A stretch of 62,206 nucleotides of DNA, filler included, from Sphacelaria rigidula (GCA_964200075.2; 6 parts of 6 records of this genome joined end to end with filler, not necessarily neighbours in it), one strand, 5' to 3'. Positions 22,283 to 35,843 are shown, numbered from the whole stretch's first letter. The notes: generated by a model from the letters alone, not told the origin. Numbers and translations are program-made.

Positions 22283-25200
22283 TGTGACGAATTCACGCCG
22301 TCACATTGAGTTGGTGGTGATGATCTGGATAATGGCCGTTGGTATTGATGATCTCGATGATGACTGGGGACACTAGGTTGGTACCCTGGCGTGTCTAGGA
22401 GGCTGTGCCTACGAGAGCACTCGTGAATAATGAGAATGTTGTAAAGGCTGACAACTGAAACTGAGGCCAGTAAGACTGGGGAGTCCCTCAACAGCAGTGA
22501 TCCAGCAGTTCTTCCACTGGCTGGCGTCACAGTACCAATAATGATGCTAGTGCTAGTGTTAGTGCTAGAAACCTGCTGGAAAGGATCTCGGTAGGAGTCT
22601 GGTAGCTGTGGAAACCTGATACACTACTGACGCGTGGAGAGGGTTCCAGCTGAGGCAGCTGCAGAAAGGCGGCCTGTGATTGATCCAGACTGGAGACTTG
22701 CTGAAGCTGCGTGCAGCGGGAGTTTGGAGGCTCCTACGACTGTGTGGTGCGGCGACGAAGTAACGGAAGTGCAATTCGCGAAGGTCCGCTGGCCTACAGA
22801 GGTTCGCAGGTAGCCGGTTACAGCTACAGCTATGACTACCGGCTCACAAGGGACGCCCACCGTGACACCCGTGGTCATGCGGGAAGAGTTGCGACCTCCC
22901 CAAGACGGGGACATGTACTCAGAGAGTGCATCTCGCACTTTTTACACGAGGTATTTGGAATACAAGAAGTGTGTGGAGCACGCTGATGCAGGGGGTGCCG
23001 TGCGGCATCAGGTGGTGACAATGGCTCAATAAGTGCCAACTCATGTACAGAGAGTGTTCGCTCGTTTGGAACATAATGATAGCACTATCACCTCGCCGCA
23101 ATTGGTTGCGGCGATCATAAAGCATGCTGGGCATGCGGCGGGCGCTGAGATAGATCTGACCCAACCGTCCGCGGCCGTGGCAGAAGCTGTCGCCATGGAT
23201 TCTCAGCGAAAAATGATGTTGGAGCGGGTGGAGCCCATTCTGGCCAATTTCGAGAAGTACTTCACGAAAATCCGAACGTGGAACTAGTATATCGTTCCCG
23301 ATGGTGAGTTCATTCACGGCCCGGCTGCAGTAATGACTAAGGCTTTGGTGGAGGGGTTGGCACCAGAAAGTTCAAACATCGTGCTTATCAAGCTGCAGCA
23401 CGAAACAGACTAGAAGGCTGACCCTTACCTGGTCATGCGCACCGTCGTGGCCGAGGCCAAGGGATGGGGGAAAATAGAGGTGTTCGGCCAGTCGTCCACC
23501 TCTTCGCCGAAATCTTTGCGCAACCATGGCTCGAAGTCGACCGGTCGCGCCGCGAGTATTACTTGCAACCGCTGTGGCCAGGTCGGCCATTACGCGCGCG
23601 ATTGCCCAACGTCTTCCGGTGGAGAGTCTCGGCAGTCTAGTGCCGCGCGCCATCAGCATCGTCAGCACAAGGGCAAAATACGAGGTAATCGTGGTGGCGG
23701 CAGCGGATCCTTCGTCGATGAAGGGTCGCAGGCGAGCCCTCAGCAGCAGCCGCAACAGCAGCAGAACCAGCAGCAGGAGGGGCAGCGGCGTCAGCATGAA
23801 CCTGGCTCTGGGTCCGGCGCCGACGTAGGTGCTGCTGCTCCGCAACGGGCGGTGCAGGTGGGCCCGACTTTTACAGAGTCGAACACTGCGCCGGCGCTGG
23901 TGGTGGAGCCGGCGACGACAGCGTCAGCAGCGCCATGCGCGGCGCCGTTTGACGCGCTGGTCGGAGGGTCACCAAATTCTTGGTTTACTGGCTGGGGGGC
24001 GTACCCGCCGGCGGTGCCGTTTGAACCTGCCGGGGCGTCTTCGCCTGCGCAGCTTGCGCAGCCGTGGCGTCAGGTGGGATTAGCGGCGCATAGGTCGGCG
24101 GAAGAAGTTTGCGTAGAGCTTGCTGACAGATGCATTACTGCGGAGTCATGTCTTCCGAATCAACGGGAGCGTGGAGCCCTTGTGATCCGGTCTGTGTTGG
24201 ATTCTGGCGCCAATTTCATAAGTCTGCCAGTGCAGATGGTTGAGATGCTGGAGCGACAACTCCCGGGTGTGCCGCTGCGCATCCCGTTTTCGCTCGGGGC
24301 GCGGCAGGCGGTCACCGCGTCAGGTCAGCATGTTTCAGTCACGGAGCGTACTGTTCCGTTGCAGCTAGCTTTCAAGACTACTTGGGGGCTGGCGCCGTTG
24401 CCTCCGATCTCGTTTGCGATTATGCCAGGATCGGATGGCGTTGTTCTTCTGGGGCTGCCGACGCTACAGGATCTAGGAGTCGACCCGTATGAGCGATTGA
24501 AGCACTCCATCAAGACGCGGATGTCTCCGCCTGGTCCGCACGTGGAGACACCCGTCCTTTTGGGCAGTCGTCGCGTGAGCTTGTCGGTGGGCGCTTTTCA
24601 GGAGGATGGAGAGCAGGTGACCGAGGAGCGGGATGCGGCGGTGGAAAGCTTAGTAGAGCGCGGCCCGGACATGTTCATGATTACGGCGGAAGAGGAGTCC
24701 GCTCGGAAGGTCGCGCTGAAGGAGAGCGTGACAGATGCTGGGGGCACAGGCCTCAGCATCTCAAAAGCGGAGCGCCTGCGCGGCATATTACAATACCGCG
24801 TCAACGCGTTCCGTCGTGCGCTGCGGGGTGATCCCCCTGCGCACGTGGGGCCCATACGTGTTCAGCCAAAACCTGGGGCGTCCGCGGTGAAGACGAAGCT
24901 GCGGCGGTACGATCCAATGGAGTCGAGTTGGTTGGCGTTATGCATGGCGGCTCTTTTGGCGCTCGGGTTGGTGTTACGGAGTATGCAGGCAGGATGGTTC
25001 AGTCCAGATATGACGTTTTCGAAGAAGGCTGCATCGTGGACAGAGGGCAGGCTGCAGGCGTGGGCGGCAGCGAAGGATCTGGTGGCTCATGCCGTGACGC
25101 TGTTCCATCCTCGTCCTGATTGTCAGGTGTTCATGTTTCCGTATGCATCTGAGTGTCATTGGGGTAGTTTGGTCATGCAGGTGCCTACAGTTGAAATGCA

Positions 25201-27140
25201 AATGCCTGTGCGCGCTGTGGCTGTGTATGGTCCGTGTGAACCTGATGACTCGATGCCGTCCGAATCTGTTGTCCGCCAAGCGCAACGAAAATGCCTTGGG
25301 GCCGAAGATGCGGATGTGTAATCTTTCGAGTCGAATGTTGGTGCTGCTATCTTGGACAATGAAGGACTGTTTCGTGTGCATGTGTGTGACCGAAACGTTT
25401 TGTGGATTCCGAATTCTGACAAGCAGTTGCAGGTACGTCTGATGATTTACGCGCACATGCGCGACGCCGGGCATCGTAGTGTGGCTGCGACGCTCGTGCG
25501 CTTGTAAGATTTTTGAGTCTGCAGGGGATAGAAACTCAGGTGCGCGAATTTGTCCGCCAGTGTTTTCACTGTGCTGACTTGAGGGCGGGCGATGTTGTTT
25601 CCCACCCGCTCGGCGAAACGGTCCATGGGACCACGCCGAATGAAGTCGTTCATTATGACTTGTTGTACGTGGGCGAGAGTGGGCCGCTAGCTTCCCACGA
25701 TTTATCGGAGGATGCTGGGTTTCTATATATTTTGGTAATCATGGACGATTTGACCAACTTCGTGGCTCTGGAACCAGCAGCAGTGTGTACTGCTGAATCG
25801 ACTGCTGTATGTTTGCTAAATTGGTGCAAAACTTTGGGGGTGCCGCGTGTGTGGATGAGTGATACCGCCACGCATTTCAAAAATGCGATCTTAGCCCGAT
25901 TGCGAAAGGCCTTGCACGTTGATCACCAGTTTGCGGACGCGTATCCTCCGTGGTCTATCGGCACGTGTGAAGGCATGGTGAAGGAACTAGTGCGTGCTCT
26001 TCGCTATATTCTTCTCGAGCAGCGTAGAGCGGTTTCCGATTGGGTGGACATATTGCCTGCGGTGCAATGAGCGCTCAATACAGCGTATCGTCGTCGTTAC
26101 GATAGTATGCCGCACCACGTGATGTTTGGTCGTGCCCCTCCGACGTCTTTCTTCATGCTGGCGTCTTCATCGGCGGCGGAATGGAATTGTGATGTTTTGG
26201 ACGATGTTCAAACTAAGAGTGCTTTGCAAAGAGTCTTGGACTTGCGAGAACGCTTCCACATTCAAGTGCAGGAACGTGTTGCCGCTAAACTTGCGTGTAG
26301 ACTTGAGGGGTCCTCGTCGAGGCTGGAATTGCCGAATTTCGAGGTAGGCGACTATGTCTTATATGCACGCGTGCGTCGTCCGGGTGTTACGCCCAAGTTG
26401 ATGGCGACTTGGACTGGTCCATGGAGAGTGGTTGGTGCTCACCACCCACACGTGTTTGAGATTCAGAACTTTGTTTCAGGTCGTGTTCAGACAGCCCATG
26501 TAGCTCGTTTGCGTTTTTATGCAGACTGGCAGCATAATGTTAGGGCTGACGTTAAGGACGTGTTCCAGCATGCTTTCAGTCAGAGCAATTTCAGATGGCT
26601 GGTATTGTCCGAGTAGCAGAAGAAGATGATCGTTCGTTGATGGTGTTGATCGACTGGGTTGGTTTCGAAGTTGAGGAGCGTGCGTGAGAGCCTTCCAAAG
26701 ATATTTTTAAGGCCGCTCCGGAATTTCTTACGAAGGAGTTGCGTAAATTGCGCGTGACTCGTGCCGTTGCTGCTCGCAATACGAGTGAGTTTGGTATTCG
26801 ATTGTGACTTACTCATCGTTTTGGCGTTTTTTGTGTGTCAAGCTTGTTGATCTATTTTCGTCCAACGCGCTTTGGGGGTGCTGTGACGAAAATTCGCCGT
26901 ACGTCGAGTTGGTAGTGATGATATGGATAATGACTAGGGGCACGGAGATTCTGAAGGGTTCTGGATAATGACCGGGGACACGAAGATGGTATCTGCAGGT
27001 CTAGAAAGCTGATGCTCCTGGAAGGTCATTCCTGAATACTGAGAATGTTGTAAAGGCTGACAACTGAAACTGAGGCCAGTAAGACTGGGAAGTCCATCAA
27101 CAGCAGTGATTCAAGAGTGCTCCCACTAGCTGGTATCACA
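22283..27140 (+). mobile_element. Decayed Ty3/gypsy LTR retrotransposon with a chromodomain
   Basis: LTRs TGTGACGAA...TCACA at 22283-22531 and 26882-27140 are visibly diverged and share GAGAATGTTGTAAAGGCTGACAACTGAAACTGAGGCCAGTAAGACTGGG. Internal order is gag, protease, RT/RH remnants, integrase, chromodomain. No clean TSD or PBS. Confidence 0.92.
22832..26790 (+). pseudogene. gag-pol remnant: CCHC zinc knuckle, aspartic protease, internally deleted RT/RNase H, integrase, chromodomain
   Basis: CNRCGQVGHYARDC (23564-23605); VLDSGA protease; H..DAGH..CFHC integrase zinc finger; HYD / SDTATHF / TCE catalytic triad; WTGPWRV; IDWVGF...EP chromodomain-like motif (~26645-26695). Multiple stops and frameshifts. 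Confidence 0.9.
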
Positions 27141-27234
27141 GGTCACATGATAGACGTACTCAAGACAAAACACAACTGAAACACTCGCTGAAGAAAAAGA
27201 AGAAAACAGAAAAAGTGGAGCAGAAGAACATAAA

Positions 27235-27524
27235 CACCGTTTTCGTGAGATTGAGAGTTGAGCGTTGATTGAGAGTGAGTTTCATCATTCGCTTGAACGT
27301 GACTAATTCAACATCCCATAAATGTCTTTGTCACACTGGCGTGAGCTTGCGGCTAGACGTTGATATCCTACTCAGGGGGATCAAGGGCTTCAGTGACACG
27401 CTACGACCGGAAGCGTATCGGGCCTCGAGTATGGGTATTTCGGAATTGAAACTATTCATCCATTCATTGACTGCATTTAACTCTCAATCGTATCCTCTAC
27501 TCTCAATCTCACGAAATCATTGGT
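27235..27524. mobile_element. MITE with TIRs related to the 3438-3910 element
   Basis: CACCGTTTTCGTGAGATTGAGAGT pairs with ACTCTCAATCTCACGAAA. Confidence 0.7.
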
Positions 27525-27601
27525 CACAGTAGACTAAGGCATGGGAAAAAGAAGATAAATATGTGATGTACCCTGCTTTCTCACTCTTTGTTATTTGTCA
27601 G

Positions 27602-30600
27602 CGCAAGAGTACCGCCACCGAGGGTTCAGCTGGTGAGTCAAGTCTCGACGACTTCAATGGGATAGTGCGACATCAACGCCAGGTATTGAGACAGAAGGGA
27701 ATTACCTTCAGCTCAGCGCCACCTTTACGGCACTTCCTGGTCATACGCTGAGTGTGGGTCACGAGTGTCATTTGGGTACCCGCAACGAAAGTACGGGGTT
27801 GACAAGGCTAATGCCCTGCTGTGACTGAGTGGAGCAGTTGCTGAAGTCTCCGTTCTCAACAAAATATCCCGCATCGTTTTGCCTCACCATCGATGGCAAA
27901 TGCCGCCGGAAAAGTCGCAAAATTCCACGAGATGAAAACCGTGCTGCTGGCTTTCAAAAGTGTCTCGGGACTGAGATCGTATTGTCGGCGACAACAGACT
28001 TCTTCTCAAAGCAAATCTTGAGCGCAAACACCATTTTGGGGAACCGAGTTCGATTCTCGGATTGGTCACGGTGTCGCCGTTTTGGTGCTCGAGGTGTTCA
28101 AACGTTCACAGAGCCGGGAGGGGAACACGATGCACAGCCGGCGAGAAATTACAGCGTACTGTAGTTGAGACAGTATCGCGACAAAGCACCTGGCCGAGGA
28201 GTCCGATTGTACGCACTGTGTCAGAACTACGCTCACGTGTAGTGGCAGAGCCTTGGAGCACGAGGAGCATCCCTCATGGAGAACGGTGGCTTATCACGCT
28301 TGTACTAGTTGTCTGCTTGTTGCTTGGGGTGAGCTGTTTTCGAAGTGAGCTCAAAGGGGTAGGGGGAGGTGGTCAATACCCCTCGCTGGAATATGACACT
28401 GTACACGACGTGATTAAAGTTCGACATGTATATTGTACGAGGCACACGTCCGTCACACTCCTTTTCATTGAACGGTGGATACCTGCCGCAACATGTTAAT
28501 GCTGCAGGTTCTCGCATTGAAAGAGGAGGAGGAGATGCGGCGCAGACACTGGGAGCTCCCGACACAGTCAACGATAAGCACATGTATCAACGACACAGGA
28601 AACAAGGGTCCACCCCAATCTTCCCTCCTTTCAGATGGTACAGCTGGTGGTGGTATCCGTTGTCGTTCCAATTATGGCATCGACGGCCGAAAGCACGACT
28701 TGCTCCAGACGTCATCATCGGCAGATCCTCCTCGTCCCTGCTCACATCTTGCCGACGACAGTGATAATCTCTGGGCAGCTGGTGTAGGTGATGACGTTAT
28801 GGTGTCCCCAACGGAGCTTCCTCCATCCTGTGTAGTAGTAGATCGCCTCGAAAATGTCGCAAACGCGCATTATACGAACAATGACCCCCTCATCGTCGAC
28901 ATCACACTACAGGGGAGGAGGGCAGAGGAAGTGCGGCATCATCAACAGAGCGAGGAAGGCAAGGAACCCGAGAGAACAGCAGAGGGTGTTCAGGATCGTA
29001 AGAAGGGGGTGGTACGGGATCCTGTTCATCGAGAAGCATCTCGCGCCGTCTCACGGGAAACCAAGCATGAGATTGGTGTTGATCTCAGCAGTCACGGGGA
29101 CGATTGTAGCGATGATGGCGGTTGCGGTATCGCCCTGTCTGGAACACAGCAACGCCGGCAGCGTTGTTCCTTTCTCCATAGTGATGGTGTAGAACAGCAG
29201 GACCCGTTGTGCGGGAGTGATTCCACGGTACAGGTACCGTACATGAAGACAGAACTTTCGCGTAGTAATAGTAGTACTAGCAGTAGTGCGAATGCTCGTA
29301 GTGAAACTGCTTCCAATCGCGGCGTAGCTAAAGGTCGAAAAGGACGTAACGCTAACGGCAACGCTAACTTCAGCGACGAGAGTTGGTCTTCGTCTGAAGA
29401 CGAAGCAGACGTGAAGCACGATATAGTGGGTACGCCGACGAGCAGAGTCGGAGCCGGCGGCGGCAACGCCGGCGGAAAAGGCTGTGCGCTGAACGACGAT
29501 TGGGCCGGGAGTGAAGCATATGGTAGCGACGATGACTGCGCCGCGTATGATGAACACGAGCGCGCATCGGTTCGATTGAAGGCCGCACAGGCTGTCACTA
29601 GGACAAGAAATAGCAACAGCGGCGTTGGTGGAAGTCGAGCGGTTGCACGACAACCATTTGGAGCGGGTGCGATGAAAATCGATGTTGCTTCAGATGTGAG
29701 ATACTGCGTGAGCGACGCTCACAGCGTTGCCGGGCACAAGAAAATGGGTGGTGAGCTTGGTGTCGTTGCCGCCTCGAAGTCTTCGGGAAAGACTAACATA
29801 AACGGTTCGGCGATGAGAAGCAGTACGACGGTGATTAAGGGGAGCGACGGCAGCAAGTTGCGCAAGATTCAAGAGGCTCGGCATCTGGCACAAAATGCAG
29901 GACACTGCGCTGGACAATTTCGATCAGAGCTGCCCCTCGACAACAGTAGTTTACCGCCACAGCGTATCGCAAGACGGTCGGCGGCCAAGCCTCTCTGTTA
30001 CTACAACAAGTACAACAAGGGGCGGGCCATAGTAACGGGAGGTCGTCTTCGCAACCGTCTTCGGGAAGACGACAGCGCAGCAGCCACAGCAGGTGTTCCA
30101 CCTTCATGCGCCAAGGACGACTTGCGCAACCACAACCGTCGCCGGCGTTGGGTTTCTCGCGAGAGAAATCATGCGGATGACGATTGCATCGGCAACCCCC
30201 TCCGAGTTTCTTGCACTGATCCAGAGCGACAACATCGTCGCGGTGTTACGGGCGATGATGGCGGCGGCTGCGTAAGTGGAGGGGACTCACATTCCCACGA
30301 AGATGATGATGCGAGACTCACCGTAAATGATGGGACTGCAAAGACTCGTGGTACCTCTAGCGACAATGCATGTAAAAGTCTGAGTATCAAAAGGGATGAG
30401 GGTGCTTTTGGTCATACGTGGGTGGAGCGAGAGTTCCTAGCACGTGTGGAGGCTGCGCGACAAGAAGCCTTGAAAGAGACGGCAGCGACCGCGGCAGCTC
30501 CGTCCGTCGAACAAGAGCACTCACCGCGATCTGTACCCACCTATTTACCTGGGATTATTAGTCGAGGTTGTCGCTCGGCGGAGCGAGTGGAGAGTGGAGA

Positions 30601-30619
30601 ATCGACGGTCAAGAGATGA
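27602..30619 (+). CDS. 3' exons of an uncharacterised low-complexity, probably disordered protein
   Basis: Exon 27602-27682 (TGTCAG|...CAG|GTATTG, 27 codons) joins in phase 0 to a ~700-codon exon from 28508 (CTGCAG|GTT) to TGA at 30619, reading ...VRHQRQ|VLALKEEEEMRRRHWE. No recognisable domain. Confidence 0.65.
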
Positions 30620-31214
30620 CGATGAAGAAACGATGTACTTGGGCAATACATACGCCTTGCGGTGTAGTAAATATGAAGTGTGTGGTTGGGGGTGTTCGCA
30701 GGGTAGACCCCCTACTGCTACGCTATCTTGCGTCCTGGGAAGCTAGACATGTACAGTAACGCGTACAGTATAAACAGGCCGATCTCTCATCTCGAAAAAA
30801 AAATGTTCGCGGTGAACCGCTAGATCTGAGACTTGAGACCTGAGATTTTGAGAAGTACACCGACCACATAACCATTTTGGGACCGGACCCCCACTAACAC
30901 AGTTCACCCTGTGATAGTGGGATAATAACAAATATATCTTCGGGCGACCTACCCAATCACAGCGAGGCGGAATTTATCGACCACACCCGAACGACCAGCG
31001 CGGGGATTGTTGTCGGATGTGATGCCACTGCAAAGATCGTGTGGGGCCCTATCCCNNNNNNNNNNNNNNNNNNNNNNNNNNNNNNNNNNNNNNNNNNNNT
31101 TAATTAATTAANNNNNNNNNNNNNNNNNNNNNNNNNNNNNNNNNNNNNNNNNNNNGCCGGTGAGTGGCCTGCGAAATGCTGTTCCGAATTTCTACCGACC
31201 CGGTTTTTGATATG

Positions 31215-31479
31215 CCCATGCTCTTTTATAGATTTAGAGTTGGACCCTGAAATTTGGTATGGACAGTGCGTAGGGCATGAAAAAAAAAATACTGGGGTAC
31301 CAAAAGTGTTTTTTTTTCATGAGTCAAGGGCAATAGTCGGTTTTTAGGTGTCAGTAAAATGCCCCTAACTCATGAAGAAAAAGAAATCATTTGGTACCGA
31401 AGTAGTTGTTTTTTATGTCCTATGCATTATCCATACCAAATTTCAGGGCCCAAATCTAAATGTATAGAAGAACATGGGC
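31215..31479. repeat. Hairpin with ~120-bp arms (MITE-like)
   Basis: GCCCATGCTCTT..CCCTGAAATTTGGTATGGA pairs with TCCATACCAAATTTCAGGG..AAGAACATGGGC. Confidence 0.8.
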
Positions 31480-31529
31480 CTGCAAACTTCAAATCCGCCT
31501 CTAGGCTGGCCCAGCTCGTAACACTGGTG

Positions 31530-32687
31530 CTGTTTGTACTGTACACGTAGATGTAAAGCATACAAAATTACTTGCTGCCTCACCTCAGCCAGCTTGCCCC
31601 GTTCGATTGGATCCTCACGCCAAATCTTCGAGCATGGCAACTCCTTCCTTACTTGAATTCTTACTTGGGCGCCTTCACAGACCCTCTACACGAGTATACC
31701 AACTGCCGGAGTAGAGCAGTGTTGTGCCGGGGGCTAGTGTCACGTTCCCCACCACCACCCTCGAAATAAGGACACGACGGTGTCGAAGAAGTGTGCAGAG
31801 GACAAGATCACAATACAAAGGTCTATAATATATACAGAGTTACATTCTTATCGAGGTCTGGCTCAACTTCACCCAGTACAGCTCACCAACCAGCGATGGA
31901 CACCCCTCACAAAATCCGTGACTATTTGTACAAGCGAGAATGTCATTTTCCAAGATGCCCCTCGGATATGACACCTCACAAGCCTGCCTTTTTTATCTCA
32001 TGACGTAGGTGGCAAGATTACATTTTTATCAAATGACTTTATTGAAAATATGATGAGACCCTTTGGGCGCGGAGCTGAAAATATGGCGGTAAAGGAAATA
32101 TAGTCTACTGCAATACTGCACAACTCCGACCCCCAATTGAAGAATTGTTGGGGTTGAATGAAGGCTAGTAGCTAGTTGTACCATACTGGAGAGTTTCAGC
32201 TTGCAGACATTGATAGGCATCAGTAATCTTCGCAGCTATTCGACTGCCTGTCCGAGGGGCATCTTGGAAAATGACATTTCGCTTGCATAAATAGTACAAA
32301 ACCACATTTTTTAGGGACGTCCATTGCTGGTTTGTGAGCTGTACTGAGTGAAGTTGAGCCAGACCTCGACCAGAACGTAGATCCGGATATATGATACAGC
32401 TTCGTACCACTATCATTGTGATCTTGCCCTCTGCACCCTTATTTGACTCCGTCGTGTCCTTATTTCGAGGGCGGCGGTGGGGAACGTGACACTAGCCCCC
32501 GGCGCAACACTACTCCACTCCGGCAGTTGGTATACTCGTGCAGAGGGTCCTTGAAGGAATTCAAGTGAGAAAGGAGTTGCCACGCTCGCAGATTTGGCGT
32601 GAGGATCCAGTCGAACGGGACAAGCTGGTTGAGGTGAGACAGCAAGTCATTTTGTATGCTTTACATCTACGTGTACAGTACAGACAG
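31530..32687. repeat. Long inverted repeat, ~435-bp arms (31530-31967 and 32250-32687) around a ~280-bp spacer
   Basis: Arms align by eye along their length, and ORFs 31572(+) and 32460(-) are mirror copies. Confidence 0.9.
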
Positions 32688-33261
32688 TAAGCACAGGGAG
32701 TTGCGACCGCACCATGAAATGTAGAGACGAAGATCGTATCTTATCAAGACACAAGGAAGGGATCCAAGCAAGCAATGAGGGTGGATAGACAGCGAACCGG
32801 CGAAGCTCATGTAATGAGCTTCTTGGTGTCGCCTGTGGCACCCTTGAGCTCGGGGCGTACACATAGCTTCGTGGCTACAGGGCTTATAGGCATCTCGCGG
32901 GGACTCGGGTAGACCTTACGCTTTGGCGGAGAGCGGTTTAGCCGAGAACGTGAGGAACGTTCCTCGTGCGTACGTGTTAGCTATGGACAGAACCAAGAGG
33001 CACTCGGGTTTGTAGGGTTCAAACAACGCAACGCCTGCCTACAGCGACAACTTTGTTATTGACCATTTTTGGTCCAAAACACATGTGCTGTCGGCTCTAG
33101 CGCAATGAAAAGGTAAAAGTAGAGAAGCAAGGGTCCGTAAAATCATTCATGAAAGTGATCGGGATCGGTTCTGCGCCGCTTGTAGTATGCAGAGCTCGGT
33201 TGGGCAATTTTTGTTTCAGGGTACTTTCCTCAATTTTCTCGTGGAGTATCCGTCCTTAGAC

Positions 33262-34186
33262 CGACTCGAATGGGAGTCGTTCAAAATTCCTCTTAAAAAC
33301 TGCCTTTTTGGCCCTTCTTCGGCGTTTCACGCCTGAAAAGAGGGCTAGACGGATGTTGACGCGTTGGAATGACTCGCTCTACTCATTGAGGCCGTTCCAG
33401 GGCAACTTTGCATTTGCCGCTAGCCGCACTTTCATTTTTGGCGAAAAACGGATTTTCAGTGAAAAACGGTCAAGCGATCGAAAATCAGGGGGAAAAATTG
33501 ATCACCTCACCGTTTTTCACTGAAAATCCGTGGTCGGCCTGATTTGGCAAAAAACAAAAGTGCGTCCAGCGGGAAATGCAGAGCTGCCCCAGAACGGTCT
33601 CAACGAGTAGAGCAAGTCATTTCAAGGCGTCAACATCCGCCTAGCCGTCTTTTCGGGCGTAAACCGACGGACAAGAGCCCAGAAGGCAGTTTTCGACAGA
33701 ATTTTTGAACGGTTCCCATTAGAGTGACTCCAATGGGAGTCGTTCAAAATTTTTGCTTTGAACGGTGTTTCTGGCCCTTCTCCGTCGTTTCACGCCTGAA
33801 ACGAGGGCTAAGCGGATATTGACGCCTTGGCATGACTTGCTCTCCTCATTGAGACCGTTCCAGCGCAACTTAACATTTCCCGCTGGCCGTACTTTAATTT
33901 TTGACCGAACACGGATTTTCAATGAAAAACGGTCAAGCGTTCAAAATACTGAGGGAGATTTCAATCACCTAACCGTTTTTTATTAAAAATCCGTCTTTGG
34001 CCTGATTTGGCCAAAATAATAGTGCGGCCAGCGGGAGATGTAGAGTTGCCCTAAAACGGTCTCAACGAGTAGAGCAAGTCATTTCAAGGCGTGAACATCT
34101 GCCTAGCTCTCTTTTCGAGCACAAATCGACGGAGAAGGGCCCAAAAGGAAGTTCTCGACAGAACTTTTGAGCGGTTCTCATTAGAG
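33262..34186. repeat. Two tandem ~460-bp palindromes (A-A'-A-A')
   Basis: The unit AATGGGAGTCGTTCAAAATT...GAGACCGTTCCAG...AAAACGGTCAAGCG alternates with its reverse complement, with symmetry centres near 33495, 33728 and 33955. Confidence 0.88.
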
Positions 34187-34194
34187 TTGCCTGT

Positions 34195-34662
34195 AGGCCG
34201 CTTCTTGTAGACCGAAAAAATTGAACTCTGAGAAGTGCCCTTTTGAACCTTTCATCACGAATTATTGGCGGAATACGGGCCTTGGCGGATTCGGCCTCCT
34301 CGGAAAGGTTTGCGATGTTTTTTACGAGGATTCTCGCGCACTTTTCCAGTTGTTCGTACTTCCTTTTGACCGGATTCTGATATTTTTCAGCTGCCCCACA
34401 ATTGTCCAGCTTTCGGGGAAAATATTTACTTTTTCCCGACAACTGGAAGTTTTTTAGGGCGACTGTAAAAATCCCATCCTGCCAAAAGTGAAACTGGGCG
34501 TACGAAAGATCGGACAAGCGCACTGGAATCCTCGTGAAAAGTATAGCAAATCTTTCCCAGGAGGCTCAATCCGCCAAGGCCCGTATTCCGCCAATATTCC
34601 GTGATGGAGAGTTCGAGAGGGCAGTTCTCAGAAATTTCTTTTCGGTCTAGAAGAAGCGGCCT
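34195..34662. repeat. Hairpin with ~200-bp arms and AGGCCG termini
   Basis: AGGCCGCTTCTT..TTGGCGGAATACGGGCCTTGGCGGATT pairs with AATCCGCCAAGGCCCGTATTCCGCCAA..AAGAAGCGGCCT. Confidence 0.88.
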
Positions 34663-35282
34663 GGGCGCTGAAAAGTCCTACCGTCGATATATATTGGGAA
34701 GAGAAGTGGGCCGTTCTCAGAACATAATCCTCAATTGGTGTTGTCGGGTTGTTACGGGGTAAGTACCTAATTCAGAGGGGCATGTTATCGACCGCCACTA
34801 GTCCCAAAAGCACAGTTTTTCGACTGTAGCGCAATACATCGGTAGAAATACAGAACATTTCCATTTGTTTACAAAAACGATCGGGATTGTTTCAATTGAA
34901 TTGTAATGCTCAATGGTCAGAACCTGGGGCTACGTAGTCTTAGGCCCCCCGAGAGCCGGTCAGCCCGTAAGTCGTTCGACAATGAGCGCAGATGTGATCT
35001 TGTCTCGGAATGTGGAGGGGATGCCTAGTATCTCCCGGTCCCCTAACTTTGGGATCAAACGTTCACTGGGATACGTGGTGGCACGCAAAAACGTTTCCGA
35101 GTATCCCCGACTACAAAAAAGTTGGCTAATTCTTCTATCTTTGCTTTATTTTTTATTATTAATTATTAATATTTATTTGTCGCACTTTAAACCCCTCCCC
35201 TTCCTCCGGACGAGTCCGTGATCTCGAGGGATCAACCCATCTTCCCCCGGTACACGCATTTCGATGGCGGGATGAAACAAAT

Positions 35283-35738
35283 TGGGTGGGGATAAAAGGG
35301 ATTATGAGAAACCAGACAAGAAAGTTGGACAACGAGATAGCCACACTACGGGCACAGAACGGTAAAATGTTCAGCAGTTCGAAGGGCAAGAGAGAAGTGC
35401 TAGTCGAGTACTACCGTAAACTAGTAACACCAAAAACTAACACGAAGTTCGACAAGAAATTCGAAAAAAAATCAACGAGTGGGCAGAAGCAATTGTAGAT
35501 ACGTCAAAACGGGAGGATGGTGGCTCGAAAGAATTGCAGAGAGAAATTACCAGAGATGAAGTAAAGGAGTGCGCAGCTAAACTCAAGAACAAATAGGCAG
35601 CATGGGCAGACGGCATAATTAATGAATTTCTGAAGCATGGGGGGGAAGGAATGATTACCATGATGGTTTTGCTGTATGACTGGATATGGGAAAACGAGTA
35701 CAAGCCCAAGAGGTGGATAGAAGGAGTAGTAGTCAATC
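35283..35738 (+). pseudogene. LINE (non-LTR retrotransposon) fragment, region at and just upstream of the RT N-terminus
   Basis: VLVEYYRKL...; EITRDEVKECAAKLKNK*AAWADGIINEFLKHGG...WIEGVVVN. Contains a frameshift and a stop. Confidence 0.85.
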
Positions 35739-35843
35739 GTGGAGAGACATCTGGTGCCGATTCCTATCTTGACAGTCATGCACCACCGGGGGTGTGGGCA
35801 ACATATTTTCAGCGTTGTGCCGGAGATGAGGTCGGGTCAACTA

